Below, one piece after another: positions 39,852 to 50,529 of a stretch of DNA of 64,000 bases. The stretch comes from Desulfatiglandales bacterium. Lineage in GTDB: Bacteria > Desulfobacterota > DSM-4660 > Desulfatiglandales > Desulfatiglandaceae. Numbering within the stretch: position 1 is the stretch's first letter; each line of letters begins with the position of its first letter. Location: positions 6,880,001-6,944,000 of the forward strand of contig OY759599.1 in NCBI GenBank assembly GCA_963662465.1, in the 5' to 3' direction. Under the pieces are notes generated by a model that was not told the origin of the DNA, ran no database searches, and saw nothing but the letters and a program-made list of their open reading frames with translations. The translations under genes and the position numbers were made by a program.

Positions 39852-41642
39852 TCAGAGTTCCGGCAGCTTCCTTAGCCCCGCGCTCGCCAGGAGTTCGTCC
39901 AGATCTCCCCGGTTGGAATAGAAGATCCCCTCGGCCTGCATCAACCTGGTGGCCTTATCCGTAAAGCCTGAATGGGAAAAGAACCAGCATCGCAGCCGCT
40001 GGAGGCCTTTTCCTTCAAACTCCCGTGTCAGGGTGGCTTTTTCAAGGAAAATTCGGATATCACTGGGGCCGGTCTTCCGATCCAGCTGCCATTTGCTCTC
40101 ACATATCCACACCTCGGCCCCGGCTGCCGCATATATGTCGATCTCCCGGCCTTCGCCGGCGCCGAGCCGCACCCGGTGGTGGATGTAGCTGAAAAGCCAG
40201 GGTACCGGTACGTCTTCCCGGCAATGAACTAAGCGGCCCGGCAATGTCTTGTTCTGGAAATTCCACAGAACCTGTGCCAGATAGACTTCGCCGAGATACC
40301 CTTTCTGGTCGCGGATCCGTTTTTCCATGAGTTGATACCGTATTCTCAGATCATTTTGAACCCGAGCCTGGTCCTGACCTTCCACCTGAATTTTACCCCA
40401 GACTTTAAGAAACGCCAGGAGGATCGGATCCTGAACTTTCCGGAACCATCCCCCCAGCTCCATGTATTCGAGAAGGTCCCCTCGGGAGAGCTTGATGAGT
40501 ACATCCCGGATCTCTTCGATGGGAACCTCCTGACCCTCGCGTTTTCGGACCTCTTCCTGTATCCGCACCAGGTCCAGCCTGTCCCCTTCTTCCATCGCCG
40601 ACAGATACAGAATGGTCTTGGTGATCCCCGACTGGTTGATCCGCTCGATCCACCGGTTTACCTGGTCGCTCAATTCCCCCCATATAAAGCCGGAAGATAG
40701 GTCCACGGCCAGGATTTCGTTCAGGGCCTCTTCCGATTCGATCTTTTTTCCCTGTTCCGCGGCCTGTTGAATCACCGCACTGATATAAAAGGGATTTCCC
40801 CCAGATCTTTGGGCAAGCACGGGGGCAATTTTTTCCGAAACGGCGGTATGGTAATATGCGGCTGACTTCAGGGCCAGTTCCGCGCCCCAGTATTCTGTCA
40901 TGGCTGAAATGGGCTTGCTCCGGAATCGACCGAACAAGGCTCCCCGGCCCAGGACCTCCCTTGACAAAATGCTCATGGCCGATCCGGTGACAAAATGGGG
41001 GCAGGTGGGGGATTCTACGGCCTCTTGCATCCAGCCCACAATGTCAAAGTCATACTGGGGCAGGCGGGTATTCTGGAATTCATCCAGGAACATGACGATG
41101 GTCGATTCGTCTCTGTCGGAAACCTGACGGGGAAGATGCAGTGCAATCTTTTCGGGAATGGTAACATCTTTTCCCTGCAATGTTTCTAAAAACTTGACGG
41201 CGCTGGAGAAGCCGGGCGTCAGCTCGAGATTGGATCGAATATATTCAGGAAGGCGGTTTCGGGGGATGTCTTTGGGGTCCAGCACGCTGGTTTCCCGCAA
41301 TCTGAAGGCCGTGTACCAGCGCAAAAAATTCTCCGTGTATTCAAGAGCAAATCCCCACCTGTCAATCCCGGTTTCATCAAAGCTATAGTAGACTGGGACC
41401 ACGCTCTTATCGAGGTCCCCGGGATTTTCCTGTTCAAAGAACAGCCGGTTTACCACCCGCTTGAAGATCTCGGTCTTGCCCATGCGCCGCTGCCCCAGAA
41501 GGACGGTGGACATGGTCCGCCGCTCGATGGCAAAAAGGGATGCCCTGTGCAGGAAGTCCAGGTATTCCTGCCGGTTCGTGTACACCGGCTCCGGGACCAG
41601 GGGCCGGATGGCCCAGGGCGGTACGTTCCGTTTGTCGGTCAT
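39852..41642 (-). CDS. P-loop ATPase (archaeal-ATPase/STAND-like) with C-terminal PD-(D/E)XK nuclease-like domain
   Basis: GQRRMGKT, FLDEFQ, GGNPFY, EIDI...ICESKW. Confidence 0.8.
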   Translation of the reverse strand: MTDKRNVPPWAIRPLVPEPVYTNRQEYLDFLHRASLFAIERRTMSTVLLGQRRMGKTEIFKRVVNRLFFEQENPGDLDKSVVPVYYSFDETGIDRWGFALEYTENFLRWYTAFRLRETSVLDPKDIPRNRLPEYIRSNLELTPGFSSAVKFLETLQGKDVTIPEKIALHLPRQVSDRDESTIVMFLDEFQNTRLPQYDFDIVGWMQEAVESPTCPHFVTGSAMSILSREVLGRGALFGRFRSKPISAMTEYWGAELALKSAAYYHTAVSEKIAPVLAQRSGGNPFYISAVIQQAAEQGKKIESEEALNEILAVDLSSGFIWGELSDQVNRWIERINQSGITKTILYLSAMEEGDRLDLVRIQEEVRKREGQEVPIEEIRDVLIKLSRGDLLEYMELGGWFRKVQDPILLAFLKVWGKIQVEGQDQARVQNDLRIRYQLMEKRIRDQKGYLGEVYLAQVLWNFQNKTLPGRLVHCREDVPVPWLFSYIHHRVRLGAGEGREIDIYAAAGAEVWICESKWQLDRKTGPSDIRIFLEKATLTREFEGKGLQRLRCWFFSHSGFTDKATRLMQAEGIFYSNRGDLDELLASAGLRKLPEL

Positions 41643-41698
41643 GATAGTTCTCCGATCATGTCAACCATGAGAATTTTTTTGCCGGGATTTACATGATT

Positions 41699-42478
41699 TT
41701 ACAGAAACGCGCCCATGGGGCAGACCCGGATATCGGAATTCAGAAGGGACGTTCTGATCTTTTTCACCAGGGCCAGGGCCTCGGGGTTATCCCCATGAAC
41801 GCAGATGGTGTCCGCCGACAATTTTATTTCGGTTCCATCAATGGCAGTGACGCTGCCATGGGTGACCAGCCTTATGATCCTTTCGGCCACTGCCGCATCA
41901 TCATGGAGTATGGCCCCCGGCAGTTTGCGACTGACCAGGGACCCATCGGGATTGTAGGCCCTGTCGGCAAAAAACTCAAAGGCGATACGAATGGAATGGT
42001 GCATGGCAATGGCTTCCAGGTCATCCCGGTTGGGCCCGGCCAGAGCCACCAGTATCAGATTTTCGTCCAGCGCCGACAACACCTCGGCGATGATGTTCCA
42101 GATTTCCGTGTCTCGTACGGCCATATTGTAAAGGGCGCCATGGGGTTTTACGTGCTGAAGGGGCAGTCCCCGTTGAGCGGCAAAGGCCTGAAGGGCGCCC
42201 ACCTGGTAGGTTACATAGTGTTTGATCTCTTCCAGGGCGATATCCATGGACCTTCGACCAAATCCCATCAGGTCGGGCAATCCGGGGTGAGCCCCAAGGG
42301 CCACGGAATTTTCCGAGGCAAGGGAGACTGTTCGATTTATCACCGATGGGTCTCCCGCATGGAAGCCACAGGCAATATTGGCCGAGTTGATGAGGGGAAT
42401 TACCGCTTCATCAAGTCCGATTTTATAGGCCCCGAAACTTTCCCCAACATCTGAATTGAGGTCAATTTTTTTTTGCAT
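41699..42478 (-). CDS. pxpA: 5-oxoprolinase subunit A (LamB/YcsF)
   Basis: IDLNSDVGESFG, ACGFHAGDP, HVKPHGALYN, TICVHGD. Confidence 0.95.
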   Translation of the reverse strand: MQKKIDLNSDVGESFGAYKIGLDEAVIPLINSANIACGFHAGDPSVINRTVSLASENSVALGAHPGLPDLMGFGRRSMDIALEEIKHYVTYQVGALQAFAAQRGLPLQHVKPHGALYNMAVRDTEIWNIIAEVLSALDENLILVALAGPNRDDLEAIAMHHSIRIAFEFFADRAYNPDGSLVSRKLPGAILHDDAAVAERIIRLVTHGSVTAIDGTEIKLSADTICVHGDNPEALALVKKIRTSLLNSDIRVCPMGAFL

Positions 42479-42769
42479 TCTGATCTTCCCCCGTTATGAA
42501 AAAAATCGTCGTCAAAGCAAATGACTCATTTCGGGAACCGGCAAGCTTTGGATTACAATAGGGGAATTCCATTGGTTCATCAACTGAAAATTTTATAACT
42601 TCAATCAGGCGAGCCTTTTTCCGGAGAGAGGTGCCCCCATTAGTGAAACAACCGGCGCTTTCAATTATTTTTGTGTTGGTTTTTGTGTTTTGCTATCATA
42701 TCCTGCTTGGCGAAGCTGCTTTTCCAAATACATTAAAGTTAGCGCTTATTTAGCTATGAAGGTAACCCA

Positions 42770-43393
42770 ATGAAAGAATATCATAAAATTCAAACGGTAT
42801 TTCTCAGGGACCCGGCAACGAAGTATAGAACGTTGCTTGAAGGACGGTTTGCAAAACCTGAGTTTGAATATCTTAAAGACAACACATGGGTCTTTACGGA
42901 AAAGGTTGATGGGACAAATATCCGCGTGCAATGGAATGGTGTGCAAGTTACATTTGCGGGGAAGACGGATCGTGCGGATACCCCGCCGTTTTTGCTCAAA
43001 AAGTTGAATGAATTATTCCAACCTGAAGCATTCCAATTAAGTGCGCTACCCCCTTTGTGTTTATACGGTGAAGGCTACGGGGCGAGAATCCAAAAGGGTG
43101 GTGGAACTTATATTTCTGATGGCGTGAGTTTTATCCTGTTTGATGTCACTATTGATGATATTTGGCTTGAACGGCATAACGTAGAAGATATTGCTGACAA
43201 ATTGGGCATCAAGACAGTCCCGATTATTGGAAAAGGGACTCTGCTTGATGGGGTTGAAATGGTAAGAGACGGCTATAAATCACGACTGCGCGAAACCGAT
43301 CCGGAAGGCATTGTCATGCGTCCGGAGATAGAATTATTTAATCGAAGATGTGAACGGGTAATCTCGAAAATCAAAATGAAAGATTTTCGATGA
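42770..43393 (+). CDS. RNA ligase (Rnl2-like nucleotidyltransferase)
   Basis: EKVDGTN (motif I), YGE, FDV, EGIV, KIK. Confidence 0.8.
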   Translation: MKEYHKIQTVFLRDPATKYRTLLEGRFAKPEFEYLKDNTWVFTEKVDGTNIRVQWNGVQVTFAGKTDRADTPPFLLKKLNELFQPEAFQLSALPPLCLYGEGYGARIQKGGGTYISDGVSFILFDVTIDDIWLERHNVEDIADKLGIKTVPIIGKGTLLDGVEMVRDGYKSRLRETDPEGIVMRPEIELFNRRCERVISKIKMKDFR

Positions 43394-43396
43394 GGA

Positions 43397-43523
43397 GCCC
43401 TAACAAAAAATTGCGCCAGCGCTCAAACCGCGTGCTTTAGTTGAGTTTTGGTGTCTGTTAAAAATACATGTCGTTGAGCTGGATGCCGGCGTCAGGGCGG
43501 TTTGAGCCTGGTGATTTTAGGGC
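43397..43523 (+). other. attC-like integron recombination site (degenerate)
   Basis: GCCCTAAC just after the stop, paired with TTTAGGGC. Inner arms CCAGCGCTCAAACCGC / GCGGTTTGAGCCTGG differ by one extra base. Confidence 0.6.
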
Positions 43524-43537
43524 GTCCGATTTGAGAG

Positions 43538-43903
43538 ATGATGAAAATAAAGAAGCGGTTCCGTAAGAAGAAGCATTGTGGCGAATTTACCGAGTGGGGT
43601 CGACAGCTCGTCATTATGCGAAATGAGGAAGAGGGATTCGATGAATTTCTTGATGCCTTCATCGAGGAGGCCATTGAATTAAATGGATGCTACTGCGGCG
43701 GAGGCGGGTATGGAGAGAAACTGGACGTGGTAGTGGCGCTTGGCCGCCGCTCGGATGATCCTGATGCCAGACTGAAGAGAATCATAGCATGGATCGTGGC
43801 TCGACCTGATGTGCGGACCTGGAAGGTGAGCGAGGAGTTTGACGTCCGGCATGGGGACTTCAAAGATATTGATGACGAAATTGAACAGCAGGATTCAGTT
43901 TGA
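43538..43903 (+). CDS. YggL/DUF469-like protein
   Basis: KKRFRKKKHCGEFTEWG, FLDAFIEEAIE, GGGG. Confidence 0.75.
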   Translation: MMKIKKRFRKKKHCGEFTEWGRQLVIMRNEEEGFDEFLDAFIEEAIELNGCYCGGGGYGEKLDVVVALGRRSDDPDARLKRIIAWIVARPDVRTWKVSEEFDVRHGDFKDIDDEIEQQDSV

Positions 43904-44012
43904 CACAAAAAGCCGGGGCAGTTTTGTGTTATAAGTCGAAAGACCCAGCGCTGCTTATTGTTTCAAATGACACCATGACCATTGTCGACGTCAATGTGGG
44001 AGGGAAAATCTG

Positions 44013-45041
44013 ATGGCACAGGCGGATTTATTGGTGGATTTAATCAAAAATGCCAGTAGCGGCGATCAGTTGGCGTTTCGCAAGAACGCCGAGACACTGA
44101 TTCAGGAAGAGAAAGCCAAGGGGCATCGAGTGCTGGCGGATCGGCTGGTCAAATCCTTGCAGCCAGGCCCAATCGGGATGGGGCGCAGCCCCGCGCCAAC
44201 GCAGAATGTCGGCAACGGCCGGCATAGGGATTTGATCTACGAAATAACGCCGGAACGTTCGCTCGATAGTCTTGTATTGCCCGACAAAATTCGGATACAA
44301 ATCAAGGAGATCGTGGAGGAGCAGCATCGCGCCGAATTGCTGCATGCGCATAATCTGCGCGCACGTAACCGGGTTTTGCTTGCCGGGCCGCCGGGTAATG
44401 GGAAAACGACTCTGGCAGAGGTGTTGGCCTGTGAATTGATGTACCCCTTGTTCGTCGTTCGTTACGAAACCTTGGTGGGAAGCTACTTGGGAGAAACCTC
44501 CAGCCGCCTGAAACATTTGATGGACTACGCCAGGACCCAGCGTTGCGTTCTGTTTTTTGACGAGTTCGAAACTCTCGGCAAGGAGCGTGGCGAGACACAC
44601 GAAACAGGAGAAATCAAACGGGTGGTGAGTTCGCTGCTTTTGCAAATTGATGATTTGCCGGATTATGTTGTGATAGTTGCGGCCAGTAATCATCCGGAGC
44701 TGCTCGATAGAGCGGTATGGCGGCGCTTCCAGTTACGCATCGAATTGCCTATGCCGACGCGCCTGCAATTAACCCAACATATCGAATCCATCGGCCGGCG
44801 GTGCCAAACCGATTTCGGATATAAGCCCGAGACATTGGCGAAACACATGCTGGGCTTGAATTTTGCTGAGGTGGAAGAGTTCTGTTTGAGTGTGGTGCGG
44901 CGGGCGGTACTCGATAAGAAAAGCGAAAACGCGCAATCCATTACGCGGCTCAAATTGGAGCAATGGCGGGATAGATTGAAACCGGTCTTAAATAGCCATT
45001 ATCCTGGTGTTGTCTCAATCGATTCGGAGGAAGATACTTGA
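44013..45041 (+). CDS. AAA+ ATPase (IetA-like)
   Basis: GPPGNGKT, VGSYLGET, FFDEFE, GEIKRVVSSLL, LDRAVWRRF. Confidence 0.85.
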   Translation: MAQADLLVDLIKNASSGDQLAFRKNAETLIQEEKAKGHRVLADRLVKSLQPGPIGMGRSPAPTQNVGNGRHRDLIYEITPERSLDSLVLPDKIRIQIKEIVEEQHRAELLHAHNLRARNRVLLAGPPGNGKTTLAEVLACELMYPLFVVRYETLVGSYLGETSSRLKHLMDYARTQRCVLFFDEFETLGKERGETHETGEIKRVVSSLLLQIDDLPDYVVIVAASNHPELLDRAVWRRFQLRIELPMPTRLQLTQHIESIGRRCQTDFGYKPETLAKHMLGLNFAEVEEFCLSVVRRAVLDKKSENAQSITRLKLEQWRDRLKPVLNSHYPGVVSIDSEEDT

Positions 45042-45129
45042 GCGCATTATTCCGCGCATTGATCGCTGAAGACGCCACTTTCACAGGAGCGTCCGCACTG
45101 AACCTCGCCGTCCCAGAGGAGGCCGAAGC

Positions 45130-46413
45130 ATGAAAGCCACTGAAGCCAGGTTTTTGGACTTTATCAAAAAGTCACCGCAGTTTGTCATCCCCATCTACCA
45201 ACGCACCTATTCGTGGACAGAGAGGGAGTGCCGGCAACTCTGGGACGATATTCTGCGTACCGGTGGTAACGATGCTGTGTCTGCCCATTTTGTCGGCTCC
45301 ATCGTGTATATTGAGAAGGGTTTGTATCATGTGACGAGCCAGTCGCCTCTTTTGGTCATCGACGGCCAGCAACGCCTGACTACGATGGAGTTGCTGATTG
45401 CCGCAGTGGCCAAGGCGCTGGAGGATCTGCCCGAGGAAAACCGGGAGCCGGTGGAGGGCTTTTCACCCCGCAAACTGCGCAATTACTACCTCATCAACCC
45501 GGAAGAAGAGGGTGAGCGGCATTACAAACTCATTCTTTCCCAGATCGACAGGGACTCGCTCATTGCCGTTGTCGCCAGAAACGAGCGGCCCAAAGAATAT
45601 TCCCGGCGCATCGCGGAGAGCTATAAACTCTTCGAGACCTGGATTGCCGGCTGTAAAGGCGACCTGACCGCACTGTGCAAAGGTATCGCCAACTGGTGGT
45701 GGTGGACATCGCGCTGAGCCGGGATCAGGACAATCCGCAGCTGATCTTTGAGAGCATGAACTCCACCGGCCGGGAACTGACCCAGGCCGATTTAATCCGC
45801 AATTTTATTCTGATGGGGCTGGAACCGGCCCTGCAAACCCGTCTCTATGAACACTACTGGCGGCTGATGGAACTGGATTTTGGGCAGGAGGCCTACTGCA
45901 CACACTTCGACGGTTTCATGCGCCATTATTTGACGGTTAAGACCGGCGTGATTCCAAAATTGGACGCAGTGTACGACGCTTTCAAGGATCACGCCAGGTC
46001 CCCCAAAGTAGCGGGGGCAGGAGTGGAATCATTGGTGGCTGACATTCTCGATCCAAGATCATCCGCATCTGCTCAGTGGCGTGGGACAAGAACTGTTTGA
46101 AGCGTTTCGCAAGGAAGTGTTGGCGCTTAATCCCGTAGTCAGGGAGTGGTTTCTCAAGCTCTATGTAGCCTACAAGGCCGAGACAAACTTTGTCGATGTG
46201 GTTCCGCAGGCCAAGCGACTGCTCCTTTCGCTGAAGACGCCGTTTGGTGATATTGCCGACCCGCGCGGCCTGTGCAAGGACGTTACCGGCATGGGGCGCT
46301 GGGGCAACGGTGATGTGGAGGTGGGATTCACCTCGTTGGAAGAACTGCCGTATATTATGGGTCTGGTCCGCCAGTCCTTCGAGCGGCAAATGGGCAATGG
46401 GGGTGAGGAATGA
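45130..46413 (+). pseudogene. DUF262 (GmrSD-like) to DUF5655-like fusion, frameshifted and internally deleted
   Basis: IPIYQRTYSW, IDGQQRLTT; frameshift near 45690 into LVVVDI...FESMNSTG; jump near 46050 to QELFEAFRK...KLYVAYK...GRWGNGD. Confidence 0.8.
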
Positions 46414-47399
46414 CCCCTGCAGGCTACAGTGAAGACGCGCTGGTTGAAAAACCGGCCATCGACATGCTCAAAGACCTGGGCTTGGAACACGTTGACGCCT
46501 TTCATGAATTTGAGCAGACGGGTGGCAGCCCCTTGGGACGCGAGACCAAATCTGAAGTGGTGCGGGTATCCCGCCTCAGGCCGGCATTGAACAAACTCAA
46601 CCTGGAGCTTCCCCCGCAGGCCATTGACCTGGCCATAGAGGAAATCCTCCGGGACCGCTCCCGCATGAGCCTTGCGGCGGCCAACCGGGAGGTGTACGAC
46701 CTCATCAAGAATGGCGTCAGGGTCGAGATTCCGGACCCGGAAGGCTATGTGATTGAGGACCCGCCTGGGCCGTATGGCCGGGATCATCTGGTGGATCTGA
46801 GCCGAATTGATTTTGAGGCTTTGAAGAAGGGGTTTAAGAAGGGGCGGAAAAGCACCGAGGCTGAAAAAGTTAAGGGCTCGGTGGTGAGAAAACTGCGTCA
46901 GATGGTGCGGCTGAACCGCTCCCGGATGGATTATTTAGAGCGCTTCCAGACGATGATCGACGCGTACAATGCCGGAAGCGTAAACATCGAGGAGTTTTTC
47001 AGCCGCCTGATGGACTTTGCTCAGGAATTGAATGATGAGGAAAAACGTGGCATTTCGGAGCAGCTCTCCGAGGAGGAATTGGCCCTCTTTGACCTTTTGA
47101 CCAAACCTGATCCGGAACTGACAAAAAAGGAGAGGAAACAGGTCAAGAAGACGGCCCGGGACCTGCTCAACACGCTGAAAGGCGAAAAACTGGTCCTTGA
47201 CTGGCGAAAAAGGCAACGCTCAAGGGCACAGGTACGGGTGACCATCGAAAAGATGCTGGACCGGGGGCTGCCCGAAACCTACACCCGAGAGCTTTTTCAG
47301 CAGAAGACTGACGCTATCTTTCAATACATATACGAATCTTACTATGGGGGTGGGAGGGGGATATATGTCGCTGTGACGCAAGATAGAGCCATATCGTAA
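46410..47399 (+). pseudogene. hsdR: Type I restriction subunit R with the nuclease/helicase core deleted
   Basis: HsdR N-terminus (SEDALVEKPAI...ANREVY) joined in frame near 46745 to the C-terminal domain (LSEEELALFDLL, VLDW); only 329 aa. Confidence 0.8.
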
Positions 47400-47420
47400 G
47401 CCATCCCCAAGGAGATTGCC

Positions 47421-48278
47421 GTGTTTGAAAATACAGAAAGTCTTTTGAAACAAATTGCTCTGGGAGAGGATTCTGTCCTGGAATTAAAAACCATCGAGGA
47501 TGAACAGACCATTCCAAAAGCCGATTGCCATGTGCTTGAGGAAGGCTTGTGGAAGCGTTTCAAGACGGTTTTATCTTCGGTGGACAACCAGGAATTTTTG
47601 CAAAAAATGAAGCTGATTTCAATGGATCAAGACGGAATGCTGCGTCCCACCGTAAGCGGCGTGCTGATGGCGAGCAAGTCGCCCGAGTCTTTGATTCCAA
47701 ATGCCTATATTCAGGCCGTCTGCTATCGGGGCGTTGAAAGAAATGCGGATTATCAATTGGATGCCAAAGACATTGCCGGTCCTCTGGATGTTCAGGTTCG
47801 GGAAGGATGTAATTTCGTTGCGCGCAACATGCGGGTTTACGCCGTAAAATCGCCGTATCGCATCGAAACCCCTCAATTTTCCATGAATGCCGTCTTTGAA
47901 GCCATCGTCAATGCGGTTGCTCACCGCGATTACTCCATTTATGGTTCAAAAATTCGTTTACATCTTTTTTCCGATCGGCTGGAGCTATTTTCGCCCGGGG
48001 CTATCCCCAACACATTAACCGTTGACAGTTTGACGGAAAGGCAATCGGCTCGAAATGAACTATTGACCTCCTTGCTGGCCCGTTGTCCAATGAATGTGGA
48101 CGTTATGGGCAGTCAACGGAGCTATCTCATGGACAAACGCGGCGAGGGCGTTCCGATTATCATTGTGGAAAGTGAAAGGCTGTCGGGCCGAAAGCCGGAA
48201 TATCGGTTGTTGGACGAAGCGGAATTGAAACTCACGATCTATGCCGCCAAGTGTCCCCATGACAGCACTGTCGCGTGA
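47421..48278 (+). pseudogene. AlbA_2/Schlafen plus HATPase_c_4 protein, AlbA domain largely deleted
   Basis: GEDSVLELK then jumps to DEQTIP; EAIVNAVAHRDY, SPG, RNELL, GEG. Confidence 0.7.
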
Positions 48279-48355
48279 GGAGACAGGTTAGCGCCCCCAG
48301 GGTGTTGATGTTTTTCTACCTGTGCACGGGTCTCCATATTTTTTCAAAAAACCAC

Positions 48356-48385
48356 TTGACAGCTTTTGCTGTATACAGTACACAT
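48356..48385 (+). promoter_or_regulatory. Promoter with GntR/FadR-type operator
   Basis: TTGACA at 48356 followed by the palindrome CTGTATACAG (48369-48378); a GntR gene is in the operon. Confidence 0.6.
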
Positions 48386-48500
48386 CTTTCCAGAATATGA
48401 CCCTAGAACTTCCGGCTTGTTGCAGCCGCTTTCTCGCGGTTTGAATTCGGTCCATAAGCCCACTGTAAACCTTATCGTTAAAAATATGGAGCGCCCCCCT

Positions 48501-49292
48501 ATGAATATCATCGTCATGGTCAAACAGGTTCCCGATACCACGGAGATTAAACTGGATCCCAAAACCGGGAACCTGATCAGGGAAGGCATTGAAAGCATCA
48601 TGAATCCGGACGACCGGCATGCCCTGGAAGCGGCGGTCCACTTGAAAGAGTCCTTGGGTGGAAAAGTGACGGCGGTTTCCATGGGCCCCCCCCAGGCCAT
48701 CGATGTCATCACCGAAGCCATGGGCATGGGGGCGGATAAAGGAGTTCTCCTGTCGGATCGGGCTTTTTCCGGCGCGGATACCTGGGCTACGTCCTTCACC
48801 CTTGGCAAAGCCATGGAAAAGATCGGCGAATATGATCTCATCATTTGCGGAAGACAGGCCATTGATGGGGATACGGCCCAGATTGGTCCCCAGGTCGCCG
48901 ATTATCTGGGTATCCCCCACGTCAGCTATGTGTTTGAGATTGAGGATGCCGGGGAAGCGACCCTGGTGGTCAAAAGACGCCTGGAGGATGGTTTTGAACG
49001 CATAGAAACCCGATTGCCCGCGCTTTTGACGGTCATCGGAGAGCTGAACACGCCGCGCTACCCGGTGGTTGGGCGATTGATTGACGCCTGCCGGGAAAAG
49101 GCGCCCATTGCCATTTGGAATGCCGCGGATATCAATGTCGGAACTCATGAAATTGGATTGGAAGGGTCATTGACCCATGTGATCAAGACCTTCGCGCCCA
49201 AATTTAAACGGCAGGGAGAAATACTGGAAGGGGCCACCGGCGAAAGCATCAGCGCCCTGGTTGGAAAACTTCGAGAAAACCGAATTCTATAG
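48501..49292 (+). CDS. etfB: Electron transfer flavoprotein beta subunit
   Basis: VKQVPDT, NPDD, SMGPP, ADTWATS, GRQAIDGDTAQIGP. Confidence 0.95.
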   Translation: MNIIVMVKQVPDTTEIKLDPKTGNLIREGIESIMNPDDRHALEAAVHLKESLGGKVTAVSMGPPQAIDVITEAMGMGADKGVLLSDRAFSGADTWATSFTLGKAMEKIGEYDLIICGRQAIDGDTAQIGPQVADYLGIPHVSYVFEIEDAGEATLVVKRRLEDGFERIETRLPALLTVIGELNTPRYPVVGRLIDACREKAPIAIWNAADINVGTHEIGLEGSLTHVIKTFAPKFKRQGEILEGATGESISALVGKLRENRIL

Positions 49293-49317
49293 TCGGTGGT
49301 GAAAAGGGAGATAACGT

Positions 49318-50529
49318 ATGACGGTATGGATTGAAACCGATCTCTGTAACGGGTGCAAACGCTGTGTTAAGGCATGTCCCTACGAGGGTGTTGAAATCAG
49401 GGATGGAAAGGCCCATATTCTGGAACGGTGCACTTCCTGCGGGGCTTGCATCGAAACCTGCAAGCAGAAGGCCATTTTAACGGATGCAAAGCCGCGGGAA
49501 ATTCCGGATTTCAGCGACAGAAAAGGGGTTTGGGTTTTTGCCGAGCAGCGGGGAGGCGTGTTGCAGCAGATTTCCCTGGAACTCCTGGGAAAGGCCGGTG
49601 AATTGGGAGAAGCGCTCAACCAGGAAGTGTCGGCCGTTCTTTTGGGCAATGGGGTGGAAAACCTCGCGGATGTCCTCATCCGGCATGGCGCGGATCATGT
49701 GTATCTGGTGGAGGATGCCTGTCTGGAACACTATCGGCCCATTAGCTATACCAGAGCCATTGAACAATTGATTCGTCAGTACAAGCCTAACATCCTTCTG
49801 ATGGGGGCGACCCATATTGGCCGGGATCTGGCCCCCAGGGTTTCCAGAAGGGTGGGGGTGGGATTGACGGCCGACTGCACGGAACTGACCATTGATCCGG
49901 AGGAGAAGATTCTCCTGCAAACGCGGCCGGCCTTTGGCGGCAATATCATGGCCACCATTGCCAACCGCTATTCGCGTCCCCAGATGGCCACGGTTCGACC
50001 CGGGGTGATGGAGGCGGTTCTGCAACCGGAAAACAGCGGGGATGTGATCAGAGACAGTATTTCCCTCTCCGAAGATGAAATCGGCACCCGGGTCCTGGAG
50101 ATCGTGCGGGAGGCGAAAAAGACGGGGGATTTGAGCAAAGCAGAAATTATCGTCGCTGGTGGAAGGGGCGTCGGCGATGGTGCGGGATTCAAGATCCTGG
50201 AAAAACTGGCGGAGGTCCTTGGCGGCGAAGTGGCCGGTACCCGTGTGGCGGTGGAAGAAGGCTGGATTCCCGCAGACCGACAGGTGGGGCAAACGGGCCA
50301 GTCGGTCAGACCGGAACTTTACATTGCCTGCGGTATTTCCGGCGCTATTCAACACCGGGCCGGCATTATGAACGCCCGGTATATTGTGGCCTTGAACAGA
50401 GATCCGAGGGCGCCTATTTTTCAGGTGGCTGACTGGGGAATTGTGGGAGATCTCCATGACCTGGTTCCTGAGATGATTCGACAGTTGGAAAGCGATCAGG
50501 GAAAAATGAAGGGGGAATTGAATGCTTAG
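49318..50529 (+). CDS. etfA: ETF alpha subunit with N-terminal 2x[4Fe-4S] ferredoxin domain
   Basis: CNGCKRCVKACP, CTSCGACIETC, GLTADCT, QVGQTG, GISGAIQH. Confidence 0.95.
   Translation: MTVWIETDLCNGCKRCVKACPYEGVEIRDGKAHILERCTSCGACIETCKQKAILTDAKPREIPDFSDRKGVWVFAEQRGGVLQQISLELLGKAGELGEALNQEVSAVLLGNGVENLADVLIRHGADHVYLVEDACLEHYRPISYTRAIEQLIRQYKPNILLMGATHIGRDLAPRVSRRVGVGLTADCTELTIDPEEKILLQTRPAFGGNIMATIANRYSRPQMATVRPGVMEAVLQPENSGDVIRDSISLSEDEIGTRVLEIVREAKKTGDLSKAEIIVAGGRGVGDGAGFKILEKLAEVLGGEVAGTRVAVEEGWIPADRQVGQTGQSVRPELYIACGISGAIQHRAGIMNARYIVALNRDPRAPIFQVADWGIVGDLHDLVPEMIRQLESDQGKMKGELNA

Noticed and set aside
42620..48300. tRNA-anchored integrative element with att repeats
   Set aside because: No tRNA or integrase seen. 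The similarity GGAGAGAGGTGCCCCCA / GGAGACAGGTTAGCGCCCCCA at the two ends is too short and gapped to call.
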